From Eledone cirrhosa (taxonomy: Eukaryota), in contig OZ024740.1 of the NCBI GenBank assembly GCA_964016885.1, forward strand, positions 435,798,001 to 435,862,000: a stretch of DNA of 64,000 nucleotides, given 5' to 3'. A program made the translations under genes and the position numbers. A model generated the notes under the pieces. That model did not search any database and was not told the DNA's origin. It saw only the letters and a program-made list of their open reading frames with translations. This document shows positions 1-13,829 of this stretch, piece after piece (position 1 is the stretch's first letter; the number at the start of each line of letters is the position of its first letter).

Positions 1-360
1 TGTCTATACTATTCATAAATGACCACTCAAGTGTGGATATCCTACTTACCTCTAGTACTTTCAATTTCCCCACATCTCCAACAAACAATAGTTATATTCA
101 AGTAGTTTGACATAACAATAGTTGTATTAAAAAATAGTAGTTCTTTCTAATTGTTCATATATTTATCCATTTCCTTAAGTCTGTTTCAATTCTGATTGGT
201 CAATTTTCCATAGTGTTTTACTTTAAAATCACTCAAGTTTTTCCAGTTAACCAGAGATGAGATGGTTTTCTAAATTCTATGATTTGTTTACAGAATATCA
301 TTCTACCATTAGCTACTCAACCAGATGAGTTGGAGTGAAGAGTTACTCTCGTATTTAATT

Positions 361-566
361 TGACTGACAGACTGTCGTGGTAGTTTGACAGACTGTTATG
401 GTAGTTTGACAGGTAGATGTGGTAGTTTGACAGGTTGATGTGGTAGTTTGACAGGTAGATGTGGTAGTTTGACAGGTTGATGTGGTAGTTTGACAGGTAG
501 ATGTGGTAGTTTGACAGGTTGATGTGGTAGTTTGACAGGTAGATGTGGTAGTTTGACAGGTTGACA
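361..566. repeat. 21-bp minisatellite (GGTAGTTTGACAGGTWGATGT), alternating variants giving a 42-bp period
   Basis: About 9 direct tandem copies; explains the spurious ORF 355..591. Confidence 0.95.
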
Positions 567-982
567 TAAACATTTTTAATTTAAGGAGCACTGAAAGGCT
601 AACTAGATACAGTTATGAGGTGAAGAAAAAGTAATACAACTTATTCCAATTATTTTGGAGACAATTCTGGATATGTTTCTATATTATTCCAACCTCAACA
701 GGGAAGCATAACCTCCATTGTATTTGGTAAAATAGGGATGAAAGAATCACAAGGTAAATGTCCAAGATTATACTCTGGTTAGCTCCACTACAGTGGCTGT
801 AATGAAGTCCTTATCTGATCCTCATAGCATGAATACATATATGAAAAATCTTATATATCTTGGCAAAGTATCTGTTTATTGTTGAACCTTTAACCAAACC
901 CTTAGTTCTCTAGTATAGTGGATATTACTACTACTAAATTCATCCACTTCATCATGGTGACATGATAAAACCTTTCTATGTC

Positions 983-1075
983 ACACAATCGTGAGGTTGC
1001 TAGTTTGATTCCTGGACCGGGGTATGCGTTATGTCCTTGAGCAAGACACTTTATTTCACATTGCTCTGTCTGCCA
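983..1075 (+). mobile_element. Degenerate fragment of a tRNA-derived CORE-type SINE
   Basis: TGTCCTTGAGCAAGACACTTTATTTCACATTGCTC is shared with the SINE copies at 15397-15738 and 28594-28940. Confidence 0.65.
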
Positions 1076-2472
1076 GTAGTTGCAGCCTGTAGATATTATC
1101 AGCAATGGAAAGACCAATGGAAACGTTGTTTCCTTGGTCTGATTTGACGAGGTCCACCTCACTCAGTGAGGTCTGGGATCTTGTCAATCAACTTTCTTTC
1201 CTTCCTTAATTGTTCATAAAGGAAGTTATAGTGTGAGATACTCTCATGGAATGACCAAATGAGGTTTATTTTTCAACATAGTCCCTGGAAAGAAACAATG
1301 TAATTATTAAGAAGAGTTGAAATTAATGTATGCAAGATTTCACAGCTCTAGCATCACTCTTTCATAGTCATCCTATGAACTTCTCAGCCGACCCTCGTAG
1401 ATGTATTTTGTCCAGAAATGGTTGAAAGCAGAGTAAAATTTGTTTTGTTAATCAGTAAACAGAAACAAAAGAAGACAAGAATTAGTATTGACTTAACATT
1501 TGTCTGGTCTGGAATTAGTCAACAGAATATTGCCAACTACTTTAGAATATAATTATTTAGTGAAACTGTCTTGAGACAAAAATATAAAGAGGTTTGGCAG
1601 GAGGGTGGCTTTGACAGAGAAGGAAAGGCAACATAAATGATGTTTGTTTTTAAGACCTCTCTGACTTGTGTGAGAAAGTTTCCCTCAGGTGAGAGAACTA
1701 GCCTGAATGTTTGCAGTAAAATACATTCCACTAAAGGTAGCCATGAGCCAGAAGTTTGTGTTGATATTAATTGGAAAAGATTCATTTCCTAACATATGCT
1801 ACACAATCATTATTATTGCTTCCGGCCCAGGTGTCTTATGCTGCTAAACTTGCATTGAAGGCTGACAGCCATGACTTGCAATAAAAGGTTTATTTACATT
1901 ACTCTCTATATATATACTATTGTATTTTTGTGGTGAATTCTCACACAATATCAAACCTATGAGATTTTGATATTTATTTTAAGAACAATACCTTAACAAC
2001 AGTATGGGTGGCCAGTTACAGCCAGTTTGAACAGAAAGAAGTGAGAGAATTCTGGATATGGCCAGTTTAAATGCTAAAGGGTTAAACTTGTACCTGAAAT
2101 ACTGAAGTTTTACGTTTGAGGTAAATAAAATTTGATTCTCAGCAATAGTTTCTCATAGCAACACAAAATAGGTTATCTTGGTCTCTTCTCTCAATTAACA
2201 AATGACATGTTATCTCTACATCAACTCACCTTATGCATTTATCTCCCTTTCTTTTGCCATCTTTAATGTTTCTCAACCCTCTTAAACCCTACACAAACCA
2301 TTTTTCTCCAATTATTCCACCCCAAAACAACAGCCATCTTCAATACCCCTCCACCCTTGTCTACTAAATAATAATTCTACGGATATTTGAGCTGTGATTC
2401 TCCTCAATAATAAATCAACTCAGTAACTCTAGAAGATTGCAAGGACATGTCTTTCGATATTGCTGGCTGTAG

Positions 2473-3077
2473 AGTCTCTTGTTGCAGTTTATATGGGGTT
2501 AAGTCTCTTGTTGCAGTTTATATGGAGTTAAGTCTCTTGTTGCAGTTTATATGGAGTTAAGTCTCTTGTTGCAGTTTATATGGGGTTAAGTCTCTTGTTG
2601 CAGTTTATATGGGGTTAAGTCTCTTGTTGCAGTTTATATGGAGTTAAGTCTCTTGTTGCAGTTTATATGGGGTTAAGTCTCTTGTTGCAGTTTATATGGG
2701 GTTAAGTCTCTTGTTGCAGTTTATATGGGGTTAAGTCTCTTGTTGCAGTTTATATGGGGTTAAGTCTCTTGTTGCAGTTTATATGGGGTTATGTCTTTTG
2801 TTGCAGTTTATATGGGGTTAAGTCTCTTGTTGCAGTTTATATGGGTTTAAGTCTCTTGTTGCAGTTTATATGCAGTTAAGTCTCTTGTTGCAGTTTATAT
2901 GGGGTTAAGTCTCTTGTTGCAGTTTATATGGGGTTAAGTCTCTTGTTGCAGTTTATATGGGGTTAAGTCTCTTGTTGCAGTTTATATGGGGTTAAGTCTC
3001 TTGTTGCAGTTTATATGCAGTTAAGTCTCTTGTTGCAGTTTATATGGAGTTAAGTCTCTTGTTGCAGTTTATATGGA
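2473..3077. repeat. 29-bp minisatellite (AGTCTCTTGTTGCAGTTTATATGGGGTTA)
   Basis: About 21 near-identical tandem copies. Confidence 0.97.
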
Positions 3078-3175
3078 AATGTGAGGAGTCACAAGTTGAT
3101 GTAATGATATGATGGAGTTCTTCCTAACATTTCCATGTTAGTATCCATAAATATTACCTGATCAAGGTCATTACA

Positions 3176-3365
3176 ATCACCACCATTGTGACCATCACCA
3201 CCATAACCATCACCACCACCATAACCATCACCACCACCATCACCACCATCACCACCACCATCACCACCACCACCACCATCACAACCACGACCATCACCAC
3301 CACCACCATTGTGATCATCATCAACATCATTGTGATCATCATCAACATCATTGTGACCACCATTG
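3176..3365. repeat. (CAC/CAT)n trinucleotide low-complexity tract
   Basis: Direct inspection. Confidence 0.9.
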
Positions 3366-3540
3366 AACATTCCTGATAAAGTTAGTTAGTAATATTACAT
3401 GGTTAGTTAGTAATTTATTACATGGTTAGTTAGTAATTTATTACTTTAACCTAAAAACCATTCTACATTCTTATATTTATATTGTGAACTTAAATAATTC
3501 TGTTGCTTACAATTTTATTTTCTTCATTTTATTCTGTTAG

Positions 3541-3692
3541 GAAACTTGAGGCAGATGAAAAATCCCTTAAGGCATTACCTAGCTATAGCGGAACTCCTCC
3601 AACCCATTCAAGAAAGGGGTCTGGTTCCAGCCTATTGTCAAATTCTTCACTAAACAGCTACAGTAGTAACCATATTGTTGAAGAAGAAACAG
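3541..3692 (+). CDS. EVI5: Internal coding exon of a probable EVI5-family Rab GTPase-activating protein (region just upstream of the TBC domain)
   Basis: Pyrimidine-rich acceptor (ttttcttcattttattctgttag) and donor AG|gtatgt flank an open frame KLEADEKSLKALPSYSGTPPTHSRKGSGSSLLSNSSLNSYSSNHIVEEET. From memory this resembles EVI5 'RLLETDSKSL..SRRNSGSSLVSSSS..SHLEED'. The identity is recalled, not searched. Confidence 0.7.
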
Positions 3693-3957
3693 GTATGTAT
3701 GTCTTAGAAAATCTTACATCTTAAATCTGATATTTGTATGTTTAATGTAGTCAAAAGCTGGTACTGTAACAGGTGTAAAACTAACGGAGCAATAAACATT
3801 GTATTTAAAAATCATGTACTTTAACCCTTTCACATTTAAACCAGTTGTATCCAGCCAGAATTTTCTCACCTCTTTCTGTTCAAACTGGCTGTAATTAGTT
3901 GCTTATATTTATGTTAAGGTATTGTTCTCAAAATAAATAATATCAATCTTGTAGATT

Positions 3958-6900
3958 CAATATTGTGTGAGGTAAAGGCTTTACCATGAAAATACAATAG
4001 TATATATAGAGTAATGTAAATGTTGTGTGAGATATTATGTGAGGTAAAGACTTTACTGTGAAAATACAATAGTATATATAGAGTAATGTAAATGTTATGT
4101 GAGATATTATGTGAGGTAAAGCCTTTACTGTGACAATACAATAGTATATATAGAGTAATGTAAATGTTATGTGAGGTATTGTGTGAGGTAAAGCCTTTAC
4201 TGTGAAAATACAATAGTATATATAAAGTAATGTAAATGTTATGTGAGGTAAAGCCTTTACTGTGAAAATACAATAGTAAATATAGAGTAATGTAAATGTT
4301 ATGTGAGATATTATGTGTGGTAAAGCCTTTACCATGAAAATACAATAGTATATATAGAGTAATGTAAATGTTATGTGAGGTAAAAGCCATTACTGTGAAA
4401 ATACAATAGTATATATAGAGTAATGTAAATGTTATGTGAGATATTATGTGTGGTAAAGCCTTTACTGTGAAAATACAATAGTAAATATAGAGTAATGTAA
4501 ATGTTATGTGAGGTAAAGCCTTTACTGTGAAAATACAATAGTAACTATAGAGTAATGTAAATGTTATGTGAGGAAAAGCCTTTACTGTGAAAATACAATA
4601 GTAACTATAGAGTAATGTAAATGTTATGTGAGGTAAAGCCTTTACTGTGAAAATACAATAGTAACTATAGAGTAATGTAAATGTTGTGTGAGGTAAAGCC
4701 TTTACTGTGAAAATACAATAGTAAATATAGAGTAATGTAAATGTTGTGTGAGGTAAAGCCTTTACTGTGAAAATACAATAGTAAATATAGAGTAATGTAA
4801 ATGTTGTGTGAGGTAAAGCCTTTACTGTGAAAATACAATAGTAACTATAGAGTAATGTAAATGTTGTGTGAGGTAAAGCCTTTACTGTGAAAATACAATA
4901 GTAAATATAGAGTAATGTAAATGTTGTGTGAGGTAAAGCCTTTACTGTGAAAATACAATAGTAAATATAGAGTAATGTAAATGTTGTGTGAGGTAAAGCC
5001 TTTACTGTGAAAATACAATAGTAAATATAGAGTAATGTAAATGTTATGTGAGGTAAAGCCTTTACTGTGAAAATATAATAGTAACTATAGAGTAATGTAA
5101 ATGTTATGTGAGGTAAAGCCTTTACTGTGAAAATACAATAGTAACTATAGAGTAATGTAAATGTTATGTGAGGTAAAGCCTTTACTGTGAAAATACAATA
5201 GTAAATATAGAGTAATGTAAATGTTGTGTGAGGTAAAGCCTTTACTGTGAAAATACAATAGTAAATATAGAGTAATGTAAATGTTGTGTGAGGTAAAGCC
5301 TTTACTGTGAAAATACAATAGTAAATATAGAGTAATGTAAATGTTATGTGAGATATTATGTGAGGTAAAGCCTTTACTGTGAAAATACAATAGTATATAT
5401 AGAGTAATGTAAATGTTATGTGAGGTAAAGCCTTTACTGTGAAAATACAATAGTAACTATAGAGTAATGTAAATGTTATGTGAGGTAAAGCCTTTACTGT
5501 GAAAATACAATAGTAACTATAGAGTAATGTAAATGTTATGTGAGGTAAAGCCTTTACTGTGAAAATACAATAGTAAATATAGAGTAATGTAAATGTTGTG
5601 TGAGGAAAAGCCTTTACTGTGAAAATACAATAGTAAATATAGAGTAATGTAAATGTTATGTGAGATATTATGTGAGGTAAAGCCTTTACTGTGAAAATAC
5701 AATAGTAACTATAGAGTAATGTAAATGTTATGTGGGGTAAAGCCTTTACTGTGAAAATACAATAGTAAATATAGAGTAATGTAAATGTTGTGTGAGGTAA
5801 AGCCTTTACTGTGAAAATACAATAGTAAATATAGAGTAATGTAAATGTTGTGTGAGGAAAAGCCTTTACTGTGAAAATACAATAGTAAATATAGAGTAAT
5901 GTAAATGTTGTGTGAGGTAAAGCCTTTACTGTGAAAATACAATAGTAAATATAGAGTAATGTAAATGTTGTGTGAGGAAAAGCCTTTACTGTGAAAATAC
6001 AATAGTATCATCATCATCATCATCATCATCACCGTTTTACGTCCGTTCTTCCACGCTAGCATGGGTTAGACGGGTTGTCCTGTTGTGGGCAGTGTCTGGT
6101 CGGCTGACCATGCCTTGCTCATACAGGAACTGATCTGGCTTGATTTCTACAGCTGGATGCCCTTCCTAACACCAACCTCATTTACAGTGAGTGCTGGGTG
6201 CTTTTTCGTGGCGCCTACACGTCCACTTTACAGTGTGGGCTGGGTGCTTTTTTGCCGTGGCACCTCCACGACCACCTTGCGGTGGGGGGGGGGGGGCATA
6301 TTGTTTATATGCTTCAGCATGTACCCATGGGAGGTCGGGTACCCTGTATTACTGCGTGACGCCAGAAGTCACGGTCGTGTGTCATTGACTTTGAGAGGTG
6401 TAGTTGGGTAAGGTCGGCTTTTATCACCTCATCCCAAGTCATCTTGGGTCTCCCCACTCCGCGGTTTCCATCAACTTCTAGTGCTCTGCACCTTTTTATG
6501 CAGCTGTCATCCTTCATACGCATCACATGTCCATACCAGCGTAACCGCCTCTCTGGTATGGACATGTGATGCGTATATATAGAGTAATGTAAATGTTATG
6601 TGAGATATTATGTGAGGTAAAGCCTTTACTGTGAAAATACAATAGTAATTATAGCGTAATGTAAATGTTGTGTGAGATATTATGTGAGGTAAAGCCTTTA
6701 CTGTGAAAATACAATAGTATATATAGAGTAACGTAAATGTTATGAGATATTATGTGAGGTAAAGCCTTTACTGTGAAAATACAATAGTAAATATAGAGTA
6801 ATGTAAATGTTATGTGAAGTAAAGCCTTTACTGTGAAAATACAATAGTAAATATAGAGTAATGTAAATGTTATGTGAGGTAAAGCCTTTACTGTGAAAAT

Positions 6901-8368
6901 ACAATAGTAAATATAGAGTAATGTAAATGTTATGTGAGGTAAAGCCTTTACTGTGAAAATACAATAGTAACTATAGAGTAATGTAAATGTTATGTGAGGA
7001 AAAGCCTTTACTGTGAAAATACAATAGTAACTATAGAGTAATGTAAATGTTATGTGAGGTAAAGCCTTTACTGTGAAAATACAATAGTAAATATAGAGTA
7101 ATGTAAATGTTATGTGAGGTAAAGCCTTTACTGTGAAAATACAATAGTAACTATAGAGTAATGTAAATGTTATGTGAGGTAAAGCCTTTACTGTGAAAAT
7201 ACAATAGTAAATATAGAGTAATGTAAATGTTATGTGAGATAAAGCCTTTACTGTGAAAATACAATAGTAACTATAGAGTAATGTAAATGTTATGTGAGGA
7301 AAAGCCTTTACTGTGAAAATACAATAGTAACTATAGAGTAATGTAAATGTTATGTGAGGTAAAGCCTTTACTGTGAAAATACAATAGTAAATATAGAGTA
7401 ATGTAAATGTTATGTGAGGTAAAGCCTTTACTGTGAAAATACAATAGTAACTATAGAGTAATGTAAATGTTATGTGAGGTAAAGCCTTTACTGTGAAAAT
7501 ACAATAGTAAATATAGAGTAATGTAAATGTTATGTGAGGTAAAGCCTTTACTGTGAAAATACAATAGTAACTATAGAGTAATGTAAATGTTATGTGAGGT
7601 AAAGCCTTTACTGTGAAAATACAATAGTAACTATAGAGTAATGTAAATGTTATGTGAGGTAAAGCCTTTACTGTGAAAATACAATAGTAAATATAGAGTA
7701 ATGTAAATGTTATGTGAGGTAAAGCCTTTACTGTGAAAATACAATAGTAACTATAGAGTAATGTAAATGTTATGTGAGGAAAAGCCTTTACTGTGAAAAT
7801 ACAATAGTAACTATAGAGTAATGTAAATGTTATGTGAGGTAAAGCCTTTACTGTGAAAATACAATAGTAAATATAGAGTAATGTAAATGTTATGTGAGGT
7901 AAAGCCTTTACTGTGAAAATACAATAGTAAATATAGAGTAATGTAAATGTTATGTGAGGTAAAGCCTTTACTGTGAAAATACAATAGTAACTATAGAGTA
8001 ATGTAAATGTTATGTGAGGTAAAGCCTTTACTGTGAAAATACAATAGTAACTATAGAGTAATGTAAATGTTATGTGAGGTATTATGTGAGGTAAAGCCTT
8101 TACTGTGAAAATACAATAGTAACTATAGAGTAATGTAAATGTTATGTGAGGTAAAGCCTTTACTGTGAAAATACAATAGTATATATAGAGTAATGTAAAT
8201 GTTATGTGAGATATTATGTGAGGTAAAGCCTTTACTGTGAAAATACAATAGTAACTATAGAGTAGTGTAAATGTTATGTGAGATATTATGTGAGGTAAAG
8301 CCTTTACTGTGAAAATACAATAGTAACTATAGAGTAGTGTAAATGTTGTGTGAGATATTATGTGAGGA
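3958..8368. repeat. 60-bp satellite (71-bp variant with an extra 11-nt ATATTATGTGA-type segment), interrupted by an RTE insertion at 6007-6577
   Basis: Roughly 60 tandem copies of GAGGTAAAGCCTTTACTGTGAAAATACAATAGTAAATATAGAGTAATGTAAATGTTATGT. Confidence 0.97.
6007..6577 (-). mobile_element. RTE LINE subfamily B, 5'-truncated 3' end
   Basis: (GAT)n tail; ORF end [13 protein letters not shown]...GRPKMTW; 3' UTR matches 46920-48631. Confidence 0.93.
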
Positions 8369-8429
8369 CATTCTATTTACATGTTCATCTAAATTTCACA
8401 AGAGTTGGCCAGTTATTTCACTGCTGCTC

Positions 8430-8625
8430 TGTGTGACAGTTGACATGTCCTGTGTGACAGTTGACATGTTGTGTGCCGCAGTTGACACGCCCTGTGTCAC
8501 AGTTGACATGTCTTATGCAATAGTTGACACAGTCTGTCACAGTTGACATGCCCCGTGTCACATTTGGCACGTCAAGTGTCGCAGTTGGCACGGTCTTGTC
8601 GCAGTTGGCACGGCCTGTGTCACAG
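8430..8625. repeat. Degenerate 21-bp minisatellite (TGTGTCACAGTTGACATGCCC-like)
   Basis: About 9 diverged copies. Confidence 0.8.
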
Positions 8626-8957
8626 TGACAAAGGACCATAGTTGGTGGAAAGGTGCTGTGAGTTCCATCCAAGCTATGCTAGCAATGGATAGCAAACATA
8701 AAACGATGATGATGATGATGCTTACCTGTTCTTACTGAAAATCATCATCATTTAATGTCCATTTTTCTCTGCTAGAAAGGATTGGTTCTATAGAGACTCG
8801 GTAGTGAAGCCCTTGGTCTATCTTAGGAGTCACTGACTTCTCAGATGGACTCGGGATCCTCTTCCTTAATGATACAAACATATACTAAATAGACATTGTA
8901 TGTTTGTATTTGGGAGAAACGTTGTACAGCTCCATAGCAAAATTCTGTTCAAGGTTT

Positions 8958-9106
8958 TATAAGGTATATTAGGTGTATTACCTTATCAGGTAGCTAGTGT
9001 ATTACCTTATAAGGTATATTAGGTGTATTACCTTATAAGGTAGCTAGTGTATTACCTTATAAGGTATATTAGGTGTATTACCTTATAAGGTAGCTAGTGT
9101 ATTACT
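8958..9106. repeat. 50-bp composite (26+24) tandem repeat
   Basis: AAGGTATATT recurs at 8961, 9011 and 9061. Confidence 0.9.
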
Positions 9107-9226
9107 TTAGAATCACAGTATATTAGATAGTTAGTGCATATGTTATAACAACTGTACTCATCACTCTTAAATCAAACATTTTCATTATTATCAATATAAG
9201 CACAAAGAGCTGCTCCATTGTTGGTT

Positions 9227-10325
9227 CTTGGGTGACTGTATTACCAATTACACTACATAGTGACTGTATTACTAATTACACTACATAGTGACTGTATTAC
9301 TAACTTGGGTGACTGTGTTACCAATTACACTACATAGTGACTGTATTACTAACTTGGGTGACTGTGTTACCAATTACACTACATAGTGACTGTATTACTA
9401 ACTTGGGTGACTGTGTTACCAATTACACTACATAGTGACTGTATTACTAACTTGGGTGACTGTATTACCAATTACACTACATAGTGACTGTATTACTAAT
9501 TACACTACATAGTGACTGTATTACTAACTTGGGTGACTGTGTTACCAATTACACTACATAGTGACTGTATTACTAACTTGGGTGACTGTGTTACCAATTA
9601 CACTACATAGTGACTGTATTACTAACTTGGGTGACTGTGTTACCAATTACACTACATAGTGACTGTATTACTAACTTGGGTGACTGTATTACCAATTACA
9701 CTACATAGTGACTGTATTACTAATTACACTACATAGTGACTGTATTACTAACTTGGGTGACTGTATTACCAATTACACTACATAGTGACTGTATTACTAA
9801 TTACACTACATAGTGACTGTATTACTAATTACACTACATAGTGACTGTATTACTAACTTGGGTGACTGTATTACCAATTACACTACATAGTGACTGTATT
9901 ACTAACTTGGGTGACTGTATTACCAATTACACTACATAGTGACTGTATTACCAATTACACTACATAGTGACTGTATTACTAACTTGGGTGACTGTATTAC
10001 CAATTACACTACATAGTGACTGTATTACTAATTACACTACATAGTGACTGTATTACCAATTACACTACATAGTGACTGTATTACCAATTACACTACATAG
10101 TGACTGTATTACTAATTACACTACATAGTGACTGTATTACCAATTACACTACATAGTGACTGTATTACTAATTACACTACATAGTGACTGTATTACCAAT
10201 TACACTACATAGTGACTGTATTACTAATTACACTACATAGTGACTGTATTACCAATTACACTACATAGTGACTGTATTACCAATTACACTACATAGTGAC
10301 TGTATTACCAATTACACTGCATAGT
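9227..10325. repeat. Compound 28-bp/21-bp minisatellite (GTGACTGTATTACCAATTACACTACATA and GTGACTGTATTACTAACTTGG)
   Basis: Interspersed tandem units sharing GTGACTGTATTAC. Confidence 0.95.
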
Positions 10326-10394
10326 ATATACCGTGTTATTTATTCTCCACAAGTATCTGACTTAATTCCGAGATAATCTTTTAACCACTACTTT

Positions 10395-10992
10395 CTAGCC
10401 AGCTAGACCATTCTACTAATGTCCAACATAGTACAGTTCACTAGCCAGCTAGACCATTCTACTAATGTCCAACATAGTACAGTTCACTAGCCAGCTAGAC
10501 CATTCTACTAATGTCCAACATAGTACAGTTCACTAGCCAGCTAGACCATTCTACTAATGTCCAACATAGTACAGTTCACTAGCCAGCTAGACCATTCTAC
10601 TAATGTCCAACATAGTACAGTTCACTAGCCAGCTAGACCATTCTACTAATGTCCAACATAGTACAGTTCACTAGCCAGCTAGACCATTCTACTAATGTCC
10701 AACATAGTACAGTTCACTAGCCAGCTAGACCATTCTACTAATGTCCAACATAGTACAGTTCACTAGCCAGCTAGACCATTCTACTAATGTCCAACATAGT
10801 ACAGTTCACTAGCCAGCTAGACCATTCTACTAATGTCCAACATAGTACAGTTCACTAGCCAGCTAGACCATTCTACTAATGTCCAAGATAGTACAGTTCA
10901 CTAGCCAGCTAGACCATTCTACTAATGTCCAACATAGTACAGTTCACTAGTCAGCTAGACCATTCTACTAATGTCCAACATAGTACAGTTCA
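10395..10992. repeat. 46-bp minisatellite
   Basis: 13 near-perfect copies of CTAGCCAGCTAGACCATTCTACTAATGTCCAACATAGTACAGTTCA. Confidence 0.97.
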
Positions 10993-11356
10993 ATATTTGT
11001 AATTATTATTAGTTCTATGAATTTGAGCAATTCTAAATTAATTGATTTTAATCATTATAAACACCATTTTGATAGAAAAAAGAAGAGGTTCCCCCGGAGG
11101 ATTGAAACTGTGTCTTAGCAGGTTGTATTAGTGATTCTATTACAGAACACTTATTCTATCTTCTCAAATTAGGTTCTATAAATGATATTAATTCAATCCA
11201 GTGTAGATTAGATAGAGCCTACATTTACATGCTAAGAGTAGCTTTGAATATCATTTAGACAGATTGTCTGACCAATGGGAGACTGTATGGGAACCGTCGT
11301 CCAATGTCAGACAACATCAAGGCAAAGCATTGCTGGAGAGCTAAAGATATATATAT

Positions 11357-12020
11357 ACGAACTAAGGAAAAAATTAGAAATAAGAGGGATCAGATGTTGT
11401 TTACTCGAGAGAAGGCTACGTTGGTATGGACACGTGATGCGCATGAAAGTCGATAGCTGTATAACAAAGTGCAGGGCAATAAAGATAGATGGTAGCCACA
11501 AAATAGGCAGACCTAGAAAAACCTGGGACGAGCTGATAAACTCCGACCTCACACACTTACGCCTCTCCAAGACAATGTCACTGGACCGAGACCTTTGGCG
11601 GTACGCAGTAATAGAGAAGACCCGCCTTAACTAAATAAAGAGTAAAACCTACTACAGTCAGTAGGCATCTCTAACAAAATACACCCCCGTCCCACCACCC
11701 ACACCCTATCCACACCGCCCCCTTCTATGTAAAGTTATGTTGGTGCCACACCATCCAGGCCGAAACAGATGAGATCGTGTAGGTGTCACGACAAAAAAAC
11801 ACACAGTCCACGCTGTAATGTGGCCGTGTAGGCAACACGGTAAAAACCTCCCAGACCCACACTGTAAATGTGGTTGGTGTTAGGAAGGGCATCCAACTGT
11901 AGAAAACCTGCCAGACAGTCCTATGCGAGCAAGACAATCACTCTTGCCTCAAAGTGGGAAAACCCCCGTCCAAACCCATGCAAGCGTGGAACACGGACAT
12001 TAAACGTTGATGATGATGAT
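11357..12020 (+). mobile_element. RTE LINE subfamily A, 5'-truncated 3' end
   Basis: [29 protein letters not shown]...GRPRKTW, then the 3' UTR and a (GAT)n tail; flanked by (TA)n. Confidence 0.93.
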
Positions 12021-12215
12021 ATATATATAATATATTAACAAATGGAAACTATGTTTATAAAACCATATTTATTTCATTATACATATTTCAAGGGCCACCA
12101 AGGCAGATTCTGGTGCACTTTCATCAAATAAAATATAATATAGATTAGTTTTATAAATAAATATTGACATATTTCAGGGTATGTCAATATTTATTTATAA
12201 AACTAATCTATATTA

Positions 12216-12281
12216 TATTTTATCTGATGAAAGCGCACCATAATCTGCCTTGGTGGCCCTTGAAATATGTATAATGAAATA
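12216..12281 (+). ncRNA. Type I hammerhead ribozyme motif
   Basis: TATTTTAT-CTGATGA-[AAGCGCACCA..TGGTGGCCCTT]-GAAA-TATGTA-TA|ATGAAATA; helix I pairs. Confidence 0.7.
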
Positions 12282-12325
12282 AATATGGTTTTATAAATAT
12301 AGTTTCCATTTGTTAATATATTGTA

Positions 12326-12582
12326 TCATCATCATCATTGTTTAACGTCCATCTTCCATGCTCGCATGGGTTTAGACGGGAGTTTTCCCACTTGAGGCAA
12401 GAGTGGTTGTCTTGCTCGCATAGGACTGTCTGGCGGGTTTTCTACAGCTGGATGCTCTTCCTAACACCAACCACGTTTACAGTGTGGACTGGGAGGTTTT
12501 TACCGTGTTGCCTACACGGCCACATTACAGCGTGGACTGTGTGTTTTTTTTTGTCGTGACACCTACACGACCTCATTTGTTT
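12326..12582 (-). mobile_element. RTE subfamily A 3' UTR fragment
   Basis: (GAT)n tail plus subfamily A 3' UTR sequence. Confidence 0.88.
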
Positions 12583-12642
12583 TTACTCCAATTAATTTGT
12601 TGAGTGCTTTATATCAGTTATAAAAATATTTTGCTTGTTGTA

Positions 12643-12945
12643 TGAGTGACCATGAAATTTGCACCTAGAAAGTTCTCCTCCAAGGCACAAGTCCAGGCAA
12701 GGTTGTTTGAGGAAGACCAGCAGTCGTCCATGCATACCAGCCTCCACTCTCCACACCACCGATACTGTCCAAGGGAAAGGCAATATTCGATACAGCTTGG
12801 CACCAGTGATGTCACAACTTATTTCTACAGATGGGTAAACTGGAGCAACGTGAAATAAAGTGTCTTGCTCAGTGACACAACACATCACCTGGTCCAAGAA
12901 TCGAACTCACAACCTGCCAATTGAGAGCCCAATGTTCTAACCTCT
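12643..12945 (-). mobile_element. tRNA-derived CORE-type SINE with a different 3' part
   Basis: Minus strand carries a B box (GAGTTCGATTC) and GAGCAAGACACTTTATTTCACGTTGCTCCAG. Confidence 0.7.
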
Positions 12946-13129
12946 ACATACAGGTGTAGATACCTTGCAATGGACTAATCCCACTCTGAACAACTGTGAC
13001 AGGTGTCCAAAAAGAAGGTCAACATCATTAGCTACCATCACAGGTTTTACATCAGTTTTCCTTCTAGAATATCCTAACAAGGACTAGGGGCCTCTTACTT
13101 CTGGTGGGCTTACCCAACACTCACACACC

Positions 13130-13385
13130 AAACATACATGCGTAAATATGTACATACATACACACATACATCTGTCTGTATATATACATGCATACATATG
13201 TACGCACATACATCTGTCTGTATATATACATACATACGTACATACATCTGTTTGTATATATATATATACATGCATGTATACATATATACATATGTACATA
13301 CATACATCTGTCTGTATATATACATGCATGTATACATACATACGTATATACATACATCTGTCTGTATATATATACATGCATATAT
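13130..13385. repeat. TACA/TA compound microsatellite
   Basis: Direct inspection. Confidence 0.9.
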
Positions 13386-13829
13386 GGTGGCTGCAAATTC
13401 TGCTGAGTATTACAATTGCTTGTCAGATTGCAGAAAATGGTCCACTTTTAGGCTACGGCCAGCCACACAAACCTGTAACAGATCCTAAACAAGCAATGCC
13501 TGTATTATGAAGCTTTTTTAAGTGGGGAAAGGCCTTGCACTCGACCAATCCCACTCTCTGAGCATTGAAAACACTACCTGAAAAGGAGAACTTGTCAACA
13601 TCATCGGATGCTTCCGAAGCCACAGGTCTTTTTTGTCAGAGTTTCCCTCTTAGAAAGGTGTTATGACAATAACTGGGGGCCTTTCAACCCCAGGTGAAAA
13701 ACAAAACTATTATTTGGATGGCCATTGACTCTGTTGAGTTCCTCCGCCTTTTGTCCAAATATCACCCTCTTCACAAAGCCAGCTTGGTGGGGTTGCTGGT
13801 TTAGTCACCGACGACCCAGCCATGAGACA

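Larger units (their letters stand above)
12030..12642 (+). mobile_element. Non-autonomous fold-back element derived from a PLE pseudo-LTR, carrying a hammerhead; its tail (12585-12642) is displaced by a nested RTE fragment
   Basis: About 145-bp inverted arms centred near 12176; HHR core in the right arm; tail ACTCCAA..GTTGAGTGCTTTATATCAGTTATAAA matches 43558-43640 and 45098-45180. Confidence 0.75.

Noticed and set aside
2473-10992. Regular 29-60-bp repeats resembling CRISPR arrays (also 56276-57045 and 61722-64000)
   Set aside because: Units are contiguous with no unique spacers, there are no cas genes, and the context is eukaryotic; these are ordinary minisatellites
12960-13710. Two diverged similar segments (~12963-13110 and ~13534-13697)
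   Set aside because: Probably old copies of an interspersed repeat; too degenerate to classify by eye
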